Assembly: GCF_036971445.1 (NCBI RefSeq)
Contig: NC_091470.1
Coordinates: 333,374,001-333,438,000, forward strand
Source of the DNA: Narcine bancroftii
Taxonomy: Eukaryota
Length of the DNA stretch: 64,000 nucleotides
Reading direction: 5' to 3'
Position numbers and translations under genes: made by a program
Notes under the pieces: generated by a model
Seen by the model: only the letters and a program-made list of their open reading frames with translations
Told to the model about the DNA's origin: nothing
Database searches by the model: none
In this document: positions 51,554 through 62,845 of the stretch, one piece after another
Position numbering within the stretch: the first letter of the stretch is position 1
Layout: each line of letters starts with the position of its first letter

Positions 51554-52905
51554 AACTTAGTTCCCTTTCCACTGTAATGGGTAAAAAAAAGCAACTAACA
51601 AAAAACAGCTGAGAAGCTTATCCTGAGGGTTACGTATATTTTGTAGTTTTTGGTTCCTACTTTAAATTTTAAAAAAAGCTAAGACTATATCTCATCTGGA
51701 AGAGTGAGTGCATCTAATCACATTAGAAACATTTACATCTTATGAAAATAAGACATAAAATATCGCCATGTTAACGTGATAATTAATTTGTTCTAAGCTT
51801 AGATAAGACATGAGAAAATAACTGAGAAAATAAGTCTTCCCATTTGAATAAGAAGGCTCTTATAGCCAACAATGTAGAGAAGGCCACAATCTTTTCTACA
51901 GGTACAGAAAAACTCATTATGTCTGGGTCAATAACCCCTAAAAGAACAGTTATTGGATTTGGTCGTAGCTTCACCTGAAGTATAGTTAAAAAGATGTTAA
52001 AAATTTCTTTCCAATAGATTTCTAATGATGAACAAGAAAACATATGTGCACAAATAGGGTTAATATTAGAAAAACGACTAGCCAATTTATCTTTGGACAT
52101 GTTAACACGATGCACGATGAATTGGATAAATGAATGTCGGGAACATAAAGAAAAGGTATTTACCATTTTAAAATCTTGTCCTATAGATCCTCAGATAAGG
52201 GTCTTGCAAGTTCCAGTTCCCAAGCCGTTTTAATCTTATCATGAAATATTGGTCGTAATTTTAATCATCTATCATTTATAATTTCAATGAACCCTTTCTG
52301 AGAGGGAATCAATTGAAAAATTTTATCAACTCAATCTGGTGGATATACAAATGCAAAATTCAATAATATGGTATTTAAGGAATTTCTAATCTGTAAATAT
52401 CTAAAAAAAAGAGTATTTGGAAAGTCATATTTACTTCCAAGCTGTTCAAAAGACGTTAAACCACCTTCCTTAAATACATTTGGAGAAGAGACAATACCTT
52501 TGATTTATATATAAAAAAAGATTGATCATTTATTGATGGTCAAAAAATAATTATGAGAGAGAGCACAAGATAAGACAAAGTGTTTTAAATTTTAAAAACA
52601 TTCCTAAATTGGAATCAGATTCACAATATATGTTTGAGTATTGGATTAGATGTATTCCTATTGATCTTAGAAAAGCTACATGGAAGAGAGGTACCCTATA
52701 AGGAGGCCACTGAACACTGCTGTATAGATTTCAATAATAAATCTGTCCATAATGGACGATCCAATTTGTCAGAATAAAAAAATCAAAAAGTTAGATAATG
52801 AATATTAGCAGCCCAGTAATAAAATCTAAAATTACGTAAGGCCATACCTCCATCTTTTTTCAATTCTTGTTAATGAAATTTACTAATTTTAGAGCTACAC
52901 TCAAT
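51554..52905 (-). mobile_element. L1-clade ORF2 3' fragment
   Basis: GGMALRNFRFYYWAANI and IQFIVHRVNMSKDKLA motifs, similar to the L1 at 35000-35500. Confidence 0.75.
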
Positions 52906-52959
52906 TCTTAACACCACTTTTGTTGAATAAAACAGCTGAAACCTGACTTCATTCCATAA

Positions 52960-53560
52960 GAACATGAGAAGAAGGAGTGGCAATTGGCCATCCAGCTGTC
53001 AAGTCTGCAGCAGCATTTAATAAAGTCTTTGCTGATTTGGCCGTGGAGGCAACTCCACTTACACACCTCTTCCCAAAAACCCTTAATTTCCTTCCTATTC
53101 AAAAATCTATTTCACTGTGTCTTAAATACATTTAATGAGGCAGCCTCTACTGATTCATTGGGTAGATAATTCCATGGATTCAGTAGACTCTGGGAGAAGC
53201 AGTTCCTCCTCATTACTGATTTCAATCTACTCCCCCCTTTCTTGAGACCATGCCCCTTAGTTTGAATATTATCTTCCAGTAGAAACAATCTCCCTGCTTC
53301 TATCTTTCCAATTCTTTTTATAAATTTTACATTTCCCCTACTCATCCTTCTAAACTGTCCAAGGCTACTCAACCTTTCCTCGTAACCTCTTTTCTGGAAT
53401 CAACCAGGTGACCCTCCTCTGCACTGCCATCAAACCCAGTACTGCATATCCTTTCTCCGGTAAGGAGAGCAGTACTTCCCACAGTACTCCAGGTGCGGCC
53501 TCACCAATACACTGTACAGTTGCAGCAAAACCTCCCTGATCTTAAATTCAAACACCTGCC
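52960..53560 (-). mobile_element. CR1 3' fragment
   Basis: TKGHGLK...RRNCFSQSLLNPWNYLPNESVEAASLNVFK. Confidence 0.8.
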
Positions 53561-54659
53561 ACAGTGAGCCAATAATCCACTAACGAATCCTAGCTGAAGA
53601 GAGAAACAAGTTTTGCATTCAGTGCACTATCTTCAGAGACTCTTATATCCTGGAGAGTTTGGATCTGGTCCATTCATAATAAAATCATTTAACTGTACAT
53701 AGAATGATATTTCTGTGACTTCAAACTGATGTATTCTGTGTTGTAATTTCATCAGCTTGGCAGCCTATTTTTGGATATGTCTGGTACTGTTCCTGCTAGC
53801 ATGTTCTTCTACACTCTTCAAGAAACCTTGGTTACATCCTTGGTATAATGCTAGTGGTGGGAAATATGCCATGCCGCACAATTCAATTCAGCTGTTATAA
53901 TTAGCTCTAATACACCCATATGCCAGACAGGAATGAGTCTAGTAAATCTTTGTTGCATTCCCTCCAAGGCAAGAACAATATTTTTTTCATAGAAGACCAA
54001 ATTGAACAGAAATGTGCCTCATGAATATCCTGCAGGTCTATAACGAGTGATCCTTGCTCCTTAACCAGTTGCAGGCCACAATAGCACCATTTCAATACCC
54101 TGGGAATAATTTATCCAAGTACACAAAAATGCTGGAGAAGTTTAGCAGGTCATGCAGCATCTTTAGAAAGCAAAAGGCAGACAACAATTTGGGCTTGAAC
54201 CCTTTCTTCTTCATTTTTATGATGTGGATGAAAAGTTTGCAGATGACACTAAGTTTGTTCAAGCTGTGGATGGCACAGCAGGATACAGATCAGCTTTAGA
54301 TATGGGCAGAGAAATGGTAGATGGTGTTTAATCTGGAGAAGAGTGGGGTGTTGCACTTTGGGAGGTCATTGTAAGGAGAACATACACAGTAGGACTCCAA
54401 AAAGCATTCTGATCTGGCGACCTGTGAGTTCTGGTTCACACATCCATGAAAGTGGCCGCACAAGTAGATAGAGTGGGGAAAAAATCATCCTTGCATTCTT
54501 TGGGTATAAAATTAAGGAAGTCATGTTGCAGCTACATAAAACTTTGGTAGCCCACACATGGGGTATTTCATGTAATTCTGGTTTCCTATTGCAAGAAGGA
54601 TTTGGAAAGGGTACAGAAAGATTTACCAAGATGTTGCCTGGATTAGAGGATTGGAGTCA

Positions 54660-55023
54660 TAAGGAGTTATTAGATAAACTTGGGTTGTTTTCTATGAAGC
54701 TTCGGAGGTGGCTGGGCAGTGAGCAGATAGAAACATAAAATAATGAAAGACATTGATAAGATAGAGAATTAGAAATGTTTACCCAGAGTAAAAAATGTCA
54801 CATACAAGAGGACATGCGTTTAAGGTGAGTGGGAGGGGTGGTAAGGAGTTATTAGATAAACTTGGGTTGTTTTCTATGAAGCTTCGGAGGTGGCTGGGCA
54901 GTGAGCAGATAGAAACATAAAATAATGAAAGACATTGATAAGATAGAGAATTAGAAATGTTTACCCAGAGTAAATAATGTCACATACAAGAGGACATGCG
55001 TTTAAGGTGAGTGGGAGGGGTGG
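54660..55023. repeat. 182-bp tandem duplication (1 mismatch) inside a CR1 fragment (about 54230-55230)
   Basis: 54660-54841 is repeated at 54842-55023. Confidence 0.95.
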
Positions 55024-55237
55024 AAGCTTGGGAAGATTTGCAGTACAAATATTTTAAACAGAGAGTAGGTCCCTGGAAGAGATAGTGGTGGAGGCCAATA
55101 GTAGTATTAATGACATACAGATATACAGAGAAAGAGGCAGACAGTATATATCATATGCAAGCAGCTAAGTTTTACTTTAACTTGGGCATCATGTTTGCTC
55201 CATATTTGTGAGCCAAAGGGCCTGTTCCTGTAGGGTT

Positions 55238-55740
55238 CTGTGCCCTCCATAATGTTTGGAACAAAAACACTTTTTTTTCCCTTTATTTTGCCCTGGGCTC
55301 CGCACTTTTAAATTTGTAATCAAACAATTGAGATATGATTAAAGTGCACGTTCCAGATTATATTTACATAAATATTTGGTTTGACTATGTAGAAATTACA
55401 GCACTTTTATCGAATGGCCAATACTGTTTGTGTCATGTGGCTTCACAGGTGTGTGTGATTACTCATGTATGTTTAATTGCTTCATTGGCATAGGTATAAG
55501 AGAGCTAGGCTGGCTTCTAAGTTTTTGATCACCTTTGGAGTCTGCAGTTGCCATTTTTCAACAGGAGCCAATGAAAGTCAAAGAAGCCAATTAAATTTTC
55601 AACCTTAAAAGGTTGAAAAACAAGAATAAAACAGTAAAAGACATCACCCAAACCTTAGGATGACCAAAATTGACTGTTTTGAATATCATTAAGAAGAAAG
55701 AGCGTACTAGTGAGCTCAGTAATCCCAAAGGGACTGGTGA
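55238..55740 (+). mobile_element. Tc1/mariner DNA transposon 5' fragment
   Basis: TIR-like ctgtgccctccataatgtttggaaca. Degenerate paired-HTH transposase start (MKVKEA...KTVKDITQTLG*PKLTVLNIIKKKERTSELSN). Confidence 0.7.
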
Positions 55741-56414
55741 AAATTCATCAGACAATAGTAAATTCAAAATAATAATTTTTATTAAACTATTACTAACTTA
55801 CTTCACTCTAAACTTAACCCCACTATACACAAATGTAAAATGTATGTATGTGTGGCCAGATCCCAAACTATTACAGTTTAGGCATAATTCTGAAAAGTCC
55901 ATTTTAAATTTCAGCATCAAACATCTCATGTCGAACTTCAAAAATTTTAAATTGCAGTTCAGAAGTAATTATGAAACATTTTGAAACAGCCTCTTTAAAA
56001 CTCAAAACTTTTTTTTTGTCGAGCCATTTTCAGAGCAATGTTTTTTAAAATCTTGCCTAAGAGTTATGGAGTCTGTTTTCCATGACGATTTCTTTCTTAA
56101 TCAAGAGTGACCTTTTTTTTATAGAAATACAAGGCTGCCCTCTTTTCTTAGAGGCAGTCAGAGTGGCTATTTCTTTTAAAATACCCCTTTTAGTGTTCCT
56201 CCTTTTATTAAGGAGAGCACAGACAGCCTTCCTTCTTTTAAAAGAACGGTGGCTGCTTTATTTTCAATCCTATCAATACAGGATGGCTTTCTCTTCTATT
56301 GACCCCCTTTGTTTCTGATTTCGACAACATATTTCTTGCCAATCTCTTACGTCACATGGTATGACATCACAACTGCCTTTGAAGTTTTTTCCAAACCTTT
56401 TAACATTTTCATGC

Positions 56415-57350
56415 TGTGACGGATTATGCTATATTTTATATTTAAAGGAGATAAATTGTGGCAAGTTTTTTTTAGTGTAGGTCACAAACAAATACAAACA
56501 CTTCAAAACAGATCTTATTTAAAATACAGGAGCTCTGCTCAAGCCAGACAGTCCAGGCCTTTGCAAAAACTTTGAAGGATGCCTATTAAGACTTCGCAAG
56601 TAGGTATTAATTGGACATGCTATGGAGTAATGGATTATTGTTTTGGAAAGCAACAGATGAATGAACTCATAAGATTGGGTCCAGTGCTGGAGTCTGAGTG
56701 CAGTTTGATGTTCTAAGAGGAGCAAGTGGTTTTCTCTGATGGAGAGAGAGAGAGAGTGAATTAATTTCTACAGTTCAGCAGCAGCTGGGACTGGAACAGG
56801 ACAAGCTGACAAGCTTGTGGAAAAAAAACCATTTTGAAGATGGGTTGTTCCAAGCCCTTGTGGTCCATACAAGAGGAGATAGCTGGCTGTATAATGTTTC
56901 ACTTGAAATATGGGAAACAAAAAAGAACTCTCTGGTGACGTGAAAGAAAGAGGTTTTCATCTAGAAAATCTTGATGGGGCAAGTTTCTTCGGCAAGACAC
57001 TGAAGTAGCTGATCGGAAGGAATCAGTTGTGGGTGTCCAACGAGCAACAAATCTCTCTCTGAAAACCAACAAGAACCTTCCTGAGTGGCAACCATTTACC
57101 TTTCAAGAACCAAACCCTGGTGAAATTCATAACTGTTAAATTCTGTGCACAGTATAAGAATTGCCCGATACTGGTGGACTTGGAGGAGTGAAAAGTGAGA
57201 TTGGACTGTGAATCAAATAACTTTTCTGAATTTAAATACACATTATGTACACGTGCACTTAGAATTAGAAGGGGGTTAAGTTAGGTTAAGTTATTCCCAT
57301 CAATGGTCTGATTGGTTTTTGACAACTCCCACATCATTCTGTAACTCAGT
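56415..57350 (+). mobile_element. Long LTR-like element
   Basis: Starts TGTGAC, has a second copy fragment at 34770 and an internal (GA)n. The right boundary is uncertain. Confidence 0.5.
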
Positions 57351-57419
57351 TTTTTTCAAACATCTCCTGAACAAGGAGATAGTGTAAGCCTTGATTACAC
57401 ACACACACAACTCAAGAAT

Positions 57420-58350
57420 GAATTAGCTTGTCATGGGGGTGGTGGAAGAATATTTCTCTGTTCAGAGGTTTGTGATCAGTGGTGCTGGGATCTCTGTTTG
57501 TAATATTTTCAAATGATTTGGATGAAAATGTGGATGTTATAGCTAGTAAGTTTGTATGTGACATGAAAATTGGGGGAGTTGCGAATAATAAGGAAGATTG
57601 CCAAAGAATACAGCAAGCTACAAATTAGTTAGAAATGTGGGTTACTGCAGACAAGTGTGAGGTTTTCAACTTTGTGAGGTCAAGTTGAAGAGGAGAATTT
57701 ACAGTCCATGGAGGAATTCTTAGGAATATTGATGTGTTGAAGGATCATGGGGTGGAAATCCAGAGTTCACTCAGAGCTAGCACAAGTGGATAGGGTTTTA
57801 AAAGAAGGGTGTGGTATGCTTGCCTTAATTGATCAGGGCATTGAATTTACAAATCAGGTAGTTATGTTTAGCTGTATAAAGTTTTAGTTAGGCCACATTG
57901 AAGTATGCGCCAGGATGTTGTCAGGATTGGAGAGTATTAACTACCAAGAGAAGTTGGACAAACTTAGATTGTTTCCTTTAGAGCTCAGAGGCTGACAGGC
58001 AATCTGATAGAAGTTTATAAAATCATGTGAGCAATACACAGGATAGTCAAAGTCCTTTTTAACCAGGATGGAAATGTTGAATACTGGAGGTAATAGTTTT
58101 AATAAGAGAGGGAAAAGATATACAAGGCAAGTTTTTTCACTCAGTGATAGAGGCCTGGATCACTTTGCCAGGAAATGTGGCTAAAGTAGGTATGACAGCA
58201 ACATTTAAGTGACTTTTGAAGCAGACATATGAACAGGCAGAGAATAGAGGGGTACAGTCCATGTGCTTGCAGATGGGATCAATAAGATTGACATCATGGT
58301 TGGCATAGAAAGGCAAGTCAAACGTCCTGGTCCTGTGCTGTATGTTCTAT
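57420..58350 (+). mobile_element. Degenerate CR1 RT and 3' region
   Basis: aatgatttggatgaaaatgtgg...agtaagtttg, ttagttaggccaca and typical 3' UTR tgtgctgtatgttctatg. Confidence 0.75.
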
Positions 58351-58711
58351 GAATGAAAAATGATAAACATTGGTGGCCTAGGCGCAATCCCTTTTATGTT
58401 ACTGATCAGTACATGTTCTTGATTGTACACCTGAATGAGTAGGAGGATCCTCACATAGTTACTGCACAGAGATGGCCTGAAGTAGGAGCTTTAGATATAG
58501 AATGGGGCTTAATGAACCCACAACCATCTGAATCAAAAGTGAGCATTTAATTGACTGGTTTAAGGTTGACACAAGCCTGGCTAGGCAGTTATTTATATTT
58601 TGTATTTACTGACTTCTGACCTTTGTTGTTTATTTCAATGAAACAAACTTTTTTATTGGCTCTGCTGTAGACTCTGAACTAAAAAGGATGTTCCTTTGTT
58701 CCGGCTTTCAG

Positions 58712-58805
58712 GTGAGAGCGGTGCTGGCAAGACAGAGGCGAGTAAGTACATCATGCAGTACATTGCTGCTATCACCAACCCCACTCAGAGGGTGGAAGTT
58801 GAAAG
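58712..58805 (+). CDS. myo1g: Myosin I exon 3 (P-loop)
   Basis: [31 protein letters not shown], 94 nt, acceptor ctttcag, donor GTAAGA. Confidence 0.95.
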
Positions 58806-59464
58806 GTAAGAGTATGTCCACATGATCTGTTGCTATGCCAAGGTCTCCTTTTTATAGGAATAATGTGAGGACTCAAGAGAGACAGTCCATTTAAAAAAAA
58901 ATATCAAAATTGTTCTCTGAATGAAATACTGTATAATAAGAGAGTCAGGAACTTTTTTCTTTGCAGAAGAGAAGGTTTGATAGAGGTATAATGAGACAAA
59001 GTAGATTGTTGGAGGCTGTCCCTTTAGTGGAGCAGTCAGGTATAAAATAAATGACAAGAGAATTTAGAGTATCGTGATGAGAACATCATTATATATCCTG
59101 GAATCTGCAGATGTGACATAGTTAGGTTCCACTGTGGCCTTAAAAAATGAATTAGATGAAGGGATGATGAAGAAAAGGCTATGAAGAAGGAGGAACTAAT
59201 GAGTTGCCCTGGTAACTGTAACCACATTCTGCAAAGATACTGGAAATTTAGACAATAAAATACCTAATATTGGAATGAGATTAACATCAGCATTAGTGAC
59301 ATGGAGAGGCTTGGGGAGAAAGTTCCAAAGTTTAGAATCATGACTGATGTGTCGATGAAGGAAGAAATGTGAAACAGAAGTGTAAACAAGGTTCACAGAG
59401 TTGGAAATTCAATTGTGTAATGGAATTGCTGCAAAAAAGAATTCTAGGTGGAACTCTTTGGCTG

Positions 59465-59783
59465 ACTTGTAGATCTCGCTCCCTCCATGACTCTCTCACT
59501 CACTCATCCCTTTCCAGTAATTGCCCTCTTGGTACTTACCCCGTGACTGCAAGAAGTGCTTCACGCATCCAAACTTCCTCCTTCACCTCCATTCTGAGCC
59601 TTAAAGGGTCCTTCCAAGAAAAGCAACACTTGTGAACCTTCAGAGGTCATCTACTGCATTTGGTACTCCCATTGTGGCCTTCTCTACATCGGCGAGACTG
59701 AATACACACTGGAAGGTTGTTTTGTTGAGCACCTTTGCTCTGTCTGCTTCAATAGTGGGGATTTCAGTGACTAACCATTTCAA
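59465..59783 (+). mobile_element. Penelope-like GIY-YIG fragment
   Basis: gtcatctactgcatttggtactcccattgtggccttctctacatcggcgagact translates to VIYCIWYSHCGLLYIGET. Confidence 0.8.
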
Positions 59784-59820
59784 TAACCCTAGCCCTAACC
59801 CTAACCCTAACTCTAACCCT
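59784..59820 (-). repeat. Short interstitial telomeric repeat, (TTAGGG) x about 6
   Basis: taaccc tagccc taaccc taaccc taactc taaccc t. Confidence 0.9.
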
Positions 59821-62071
59821 CTCCAGAGGCTGGTGCTCTGCTCTATGATGCCCTCCTCTAGTAGCCTACGCACCTCTGTCCTAATGAAGGCTCTGTCCCT
59901 CGGGCTGACCTCCTGCTCTTTGTGGCTATTGGTGTGCATTCTGGGGTCAGGTGTGTGAACAGTGGAGGGGGTTCTATGTTCAGGACAGTCAGGATGCAGT
60001 GTTGTTTCTTCGTAAGGCGTAGTGGGGGGATGAGGCCCGTTGTGCACTATTGTAATGCTTTCTAACTGGCACTGAAAATCTAACCCCAATACTACCGGGA
60101 CTCAGAGGTGAGGGAGTACTAGTAAATTGAACCCTTCATATTTTGTGCTCTGGATTTCTAGAGTAACCCTTCAAAACTGTTTTACCTTAGCCGCAAGGCT
60201 GCTGGCTGCTAACAGGATCTGGTGCTCACTCGGGTGTGTGGGGAGGGCAAGGCGGTTGACTAACCCCTGGTCAATAAAACTTTCAGTGCTTCCACTATCT
60301 ATTAAGCAATTTACCCTCACATCATTAATTTTGATGCACACAGTGGCATCAGATAAATTGTGTGGATTCGCCTGATTCATGCGTGGGGAAGCAAGTCTGG
60401 CGTGTCCTTCGTGTCCTTCCATCCTATAGTACTCGGTGTCATATTCACCTCCTGAAGACTGTGTCCTCTGCCCTGTAGCATTTGTCCAAGATGGCCGGCT
60501 GCACATGGCATTCTACTTCTTCCGTTTGTCTGTGGAGAAAGAAGAGCTTTCCTGCCTCTCATTAGCACGAGAATCGGCCTTGGCTGTGGCCTTGGGGCTT
60601 CTGAAGACTTTTGCATAATGCCCACGTTTTCCACAGTTGGAACAGACATTATCTCTGGCAGGGCAGAGGGCTCTGAGGTGCTTTCTTTGTCCACAGAAAA
60701 AAACACTTGGGACCCTCTGCTGCTGCTGTGAATTCCTGTGAGGTAGCGTACTTTTCTTTTCATGGGGCTAGAGAGTCCAGCAGTTTGTCTCAGTACCCCA
60801 GGGTCCTGTGAGTACTCCTTCAATTCTTTCCTGGACTTTCTAAAGCTTCTGCAATAGTCTCTGCCTTATCTAGCTCCACCATTCTTTTCTCCAGCAATCG
60901 ATGTCTTGTCTCAGTGAACCGTATGCCCGCAACAATTCTGTCCCTAATAAGGTCCTCCGCATACTCCTGAGCTGATACTGCTTTAAAGTTGCAGCCTCTC
61001 ACCAGTTCTTTCAGAGAGAGTATAAAGTCTTTGGTGGACTCCCCTACTTGTGGTGACCTGGTCATGAGCCTGTACCGGGAGTGGAGTTCGCTTTTCCCCT
61101 CACTGTAATGCCTCTGTAAAATGCTCATTGCCTCTTGGTAGGACCTGGCATCCTGTATAAGGGAGTAAGGGTGGTCTCCCAGCTGCGCTAACAACAGCAT
61201 AAAGAGCTCCTTATCCGATGCCTCAGCACCCTCCACATAATTCAGAAAGCATCTCTGCCAACAGCTGAAATGCATGCCGGCTCTGGGATTTCTGGGGTTG
61301 AGCTCCAGCCTGTCTGATCGCAGCACATGGCTAAGCCGCTGTCTCTGGTCCCTTAGATGTAGCAAGGGCAGACCCTGGGGTACTGGGAGCTACTGGTAGA
61401 GCTTCTTTGGGACTTGTGTCTGCTGGAGGAGTAACCTGGGTGCTTGGGGCTGTTGGCTGAGTCTCTAGCTTTGGGATGTTTGCAGCGGGCTTAGGGGGGA
61501 TCCCAGTGTAGCGTCAGGTCTCCCTGGTACTGGGAAAACTGCTGCTGGGGGAGTGATGGAAGCGGTGTCTGCTTTCCCTGGCTCTGAAGTGGTCGCGAAT
61601 ACACATATTTGGCGATCGGGAGCACAACTTGTGGAGATCCTTCCATCGGCGCTTGTAGTGGTCCCTTTCTGATCAGACCGAGGTTTAGGGTAGCGGCGAA
61701 CCCACGGGCAGGCATCTTACCTGCCCTATTGTACTTCTGTGTCACCATCTCTGTCCTCGGATGCACGTGTGTGCTGGTCGTCCCCAGATTCCATTCCTCA
61801 GGAAGAGTCTCCAGGTGGTCGGGAATGCACGTTGGAGCAGAAGCAGTTTCTATCCTAGTAGCTATCATATTAGTTTATTAAATTGTACTGACAATAACCA
61901 CACCAGCAGTATGAGTATAAGACAGTTTTAATAAACTAATATGTACACTAAGAGGTCTTGACTCTCTGCAAGATGCACCCAGAAAGCTAGACTGTAGCCC
62001 TGGACTGCTTTATATATGAGGTCACCAGGATGACCCCTGGTGACCTAGTGGTGTAATTACATATCACAACA
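59821..62071 (-). mobile_element. Gypsy LTR retrotransposon 3, 5' half only (LTR, gag, protease, start of RT), antisense in myosin intron 3
   Basis: LTR at 61884-62071 (TG...CA, TATA and ATTAAA on minus). gag LRSDRLELNP...DLIRDRIVAGI, protease CLIDSGSTESFI, RT start FIRTEVRRLLEEGIIEQSTSLWR, then an abrupt end. Confidence 0.9.
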
Positions 62072-62679
62072 CTTATAAAGTAATAATTCCACTAATTAGC
62101 AACATGGAACATGACAGGAACACGAGTTGAGTGAGGGCCGAGTCAGGTCATGTTTGGCATCAAACTCCATCTTTGATAAGCAGATGCCATCTACCAAAAA
62201 AAAAGTATTGGTTTTTGGAAGTTGCCAGTTTTTGAAATCATGGATAAAAGGTTAGGCATCTGTATGATATTATGTTAAATATGCAGCACTCTAGAGGACC
62301 TTTGGCCCACAGCATTTTGCTGACTTAATAATCTACTCTGCCTAGAATTTCTGAACAGTATAACCTTCCATTTTTCTCAGTTCCCTGTACCTATCTAATA
62401 ATCTCATAGAGCAAAGAAATGTGGTTGCCAAGGCAATAGGGCCATGATATCTTCACCTAGACAGTGGGTATGAGTAAAATTAATCAATGGGTAGATCAAT
62501 GAACTGAGAGGCTTTCAACTGCAAAGTGAACCTTTTTTTTAAGGCAAATGAATATCCAAAACTTCATTCTTAGCTTGTGAGGTTATTTTCAATTGATGTT
62601 ATTTGCAAATTTGAAGTAGAACATTTTAATCTGACCATGTGCTCTGTTTATTGCATTGCCCATCTCTGACTATTTCTAG

Positions 62680-62845
62680 TGTGAAAAACATATTGCTGAA
62701 GTCAAACTGCATTCTTGAGGCTTTTGGAAATGCAAAGACAAATCGGAATGATAACTCCAGCCGCTTTGGGAAGTACATGGACATCAACTTTGATTTTAAA
62801 GGAGACCCCACTGGTGGACACATTAACAACTATTTGCTTGAGAAG
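62680..62845 (+). CDS. myo1g: Myosin I exon 4 (switch I); gene continues beyond the window
   Basis: [55 protein letters not shown], 166 nt. Exons 1-4 total 564 nt in frame. Confidence 0.95.

Noticed and set aside
51254-51594. ORFs spanning the N run
   Set aside because: Artefacts of the assembly gap.
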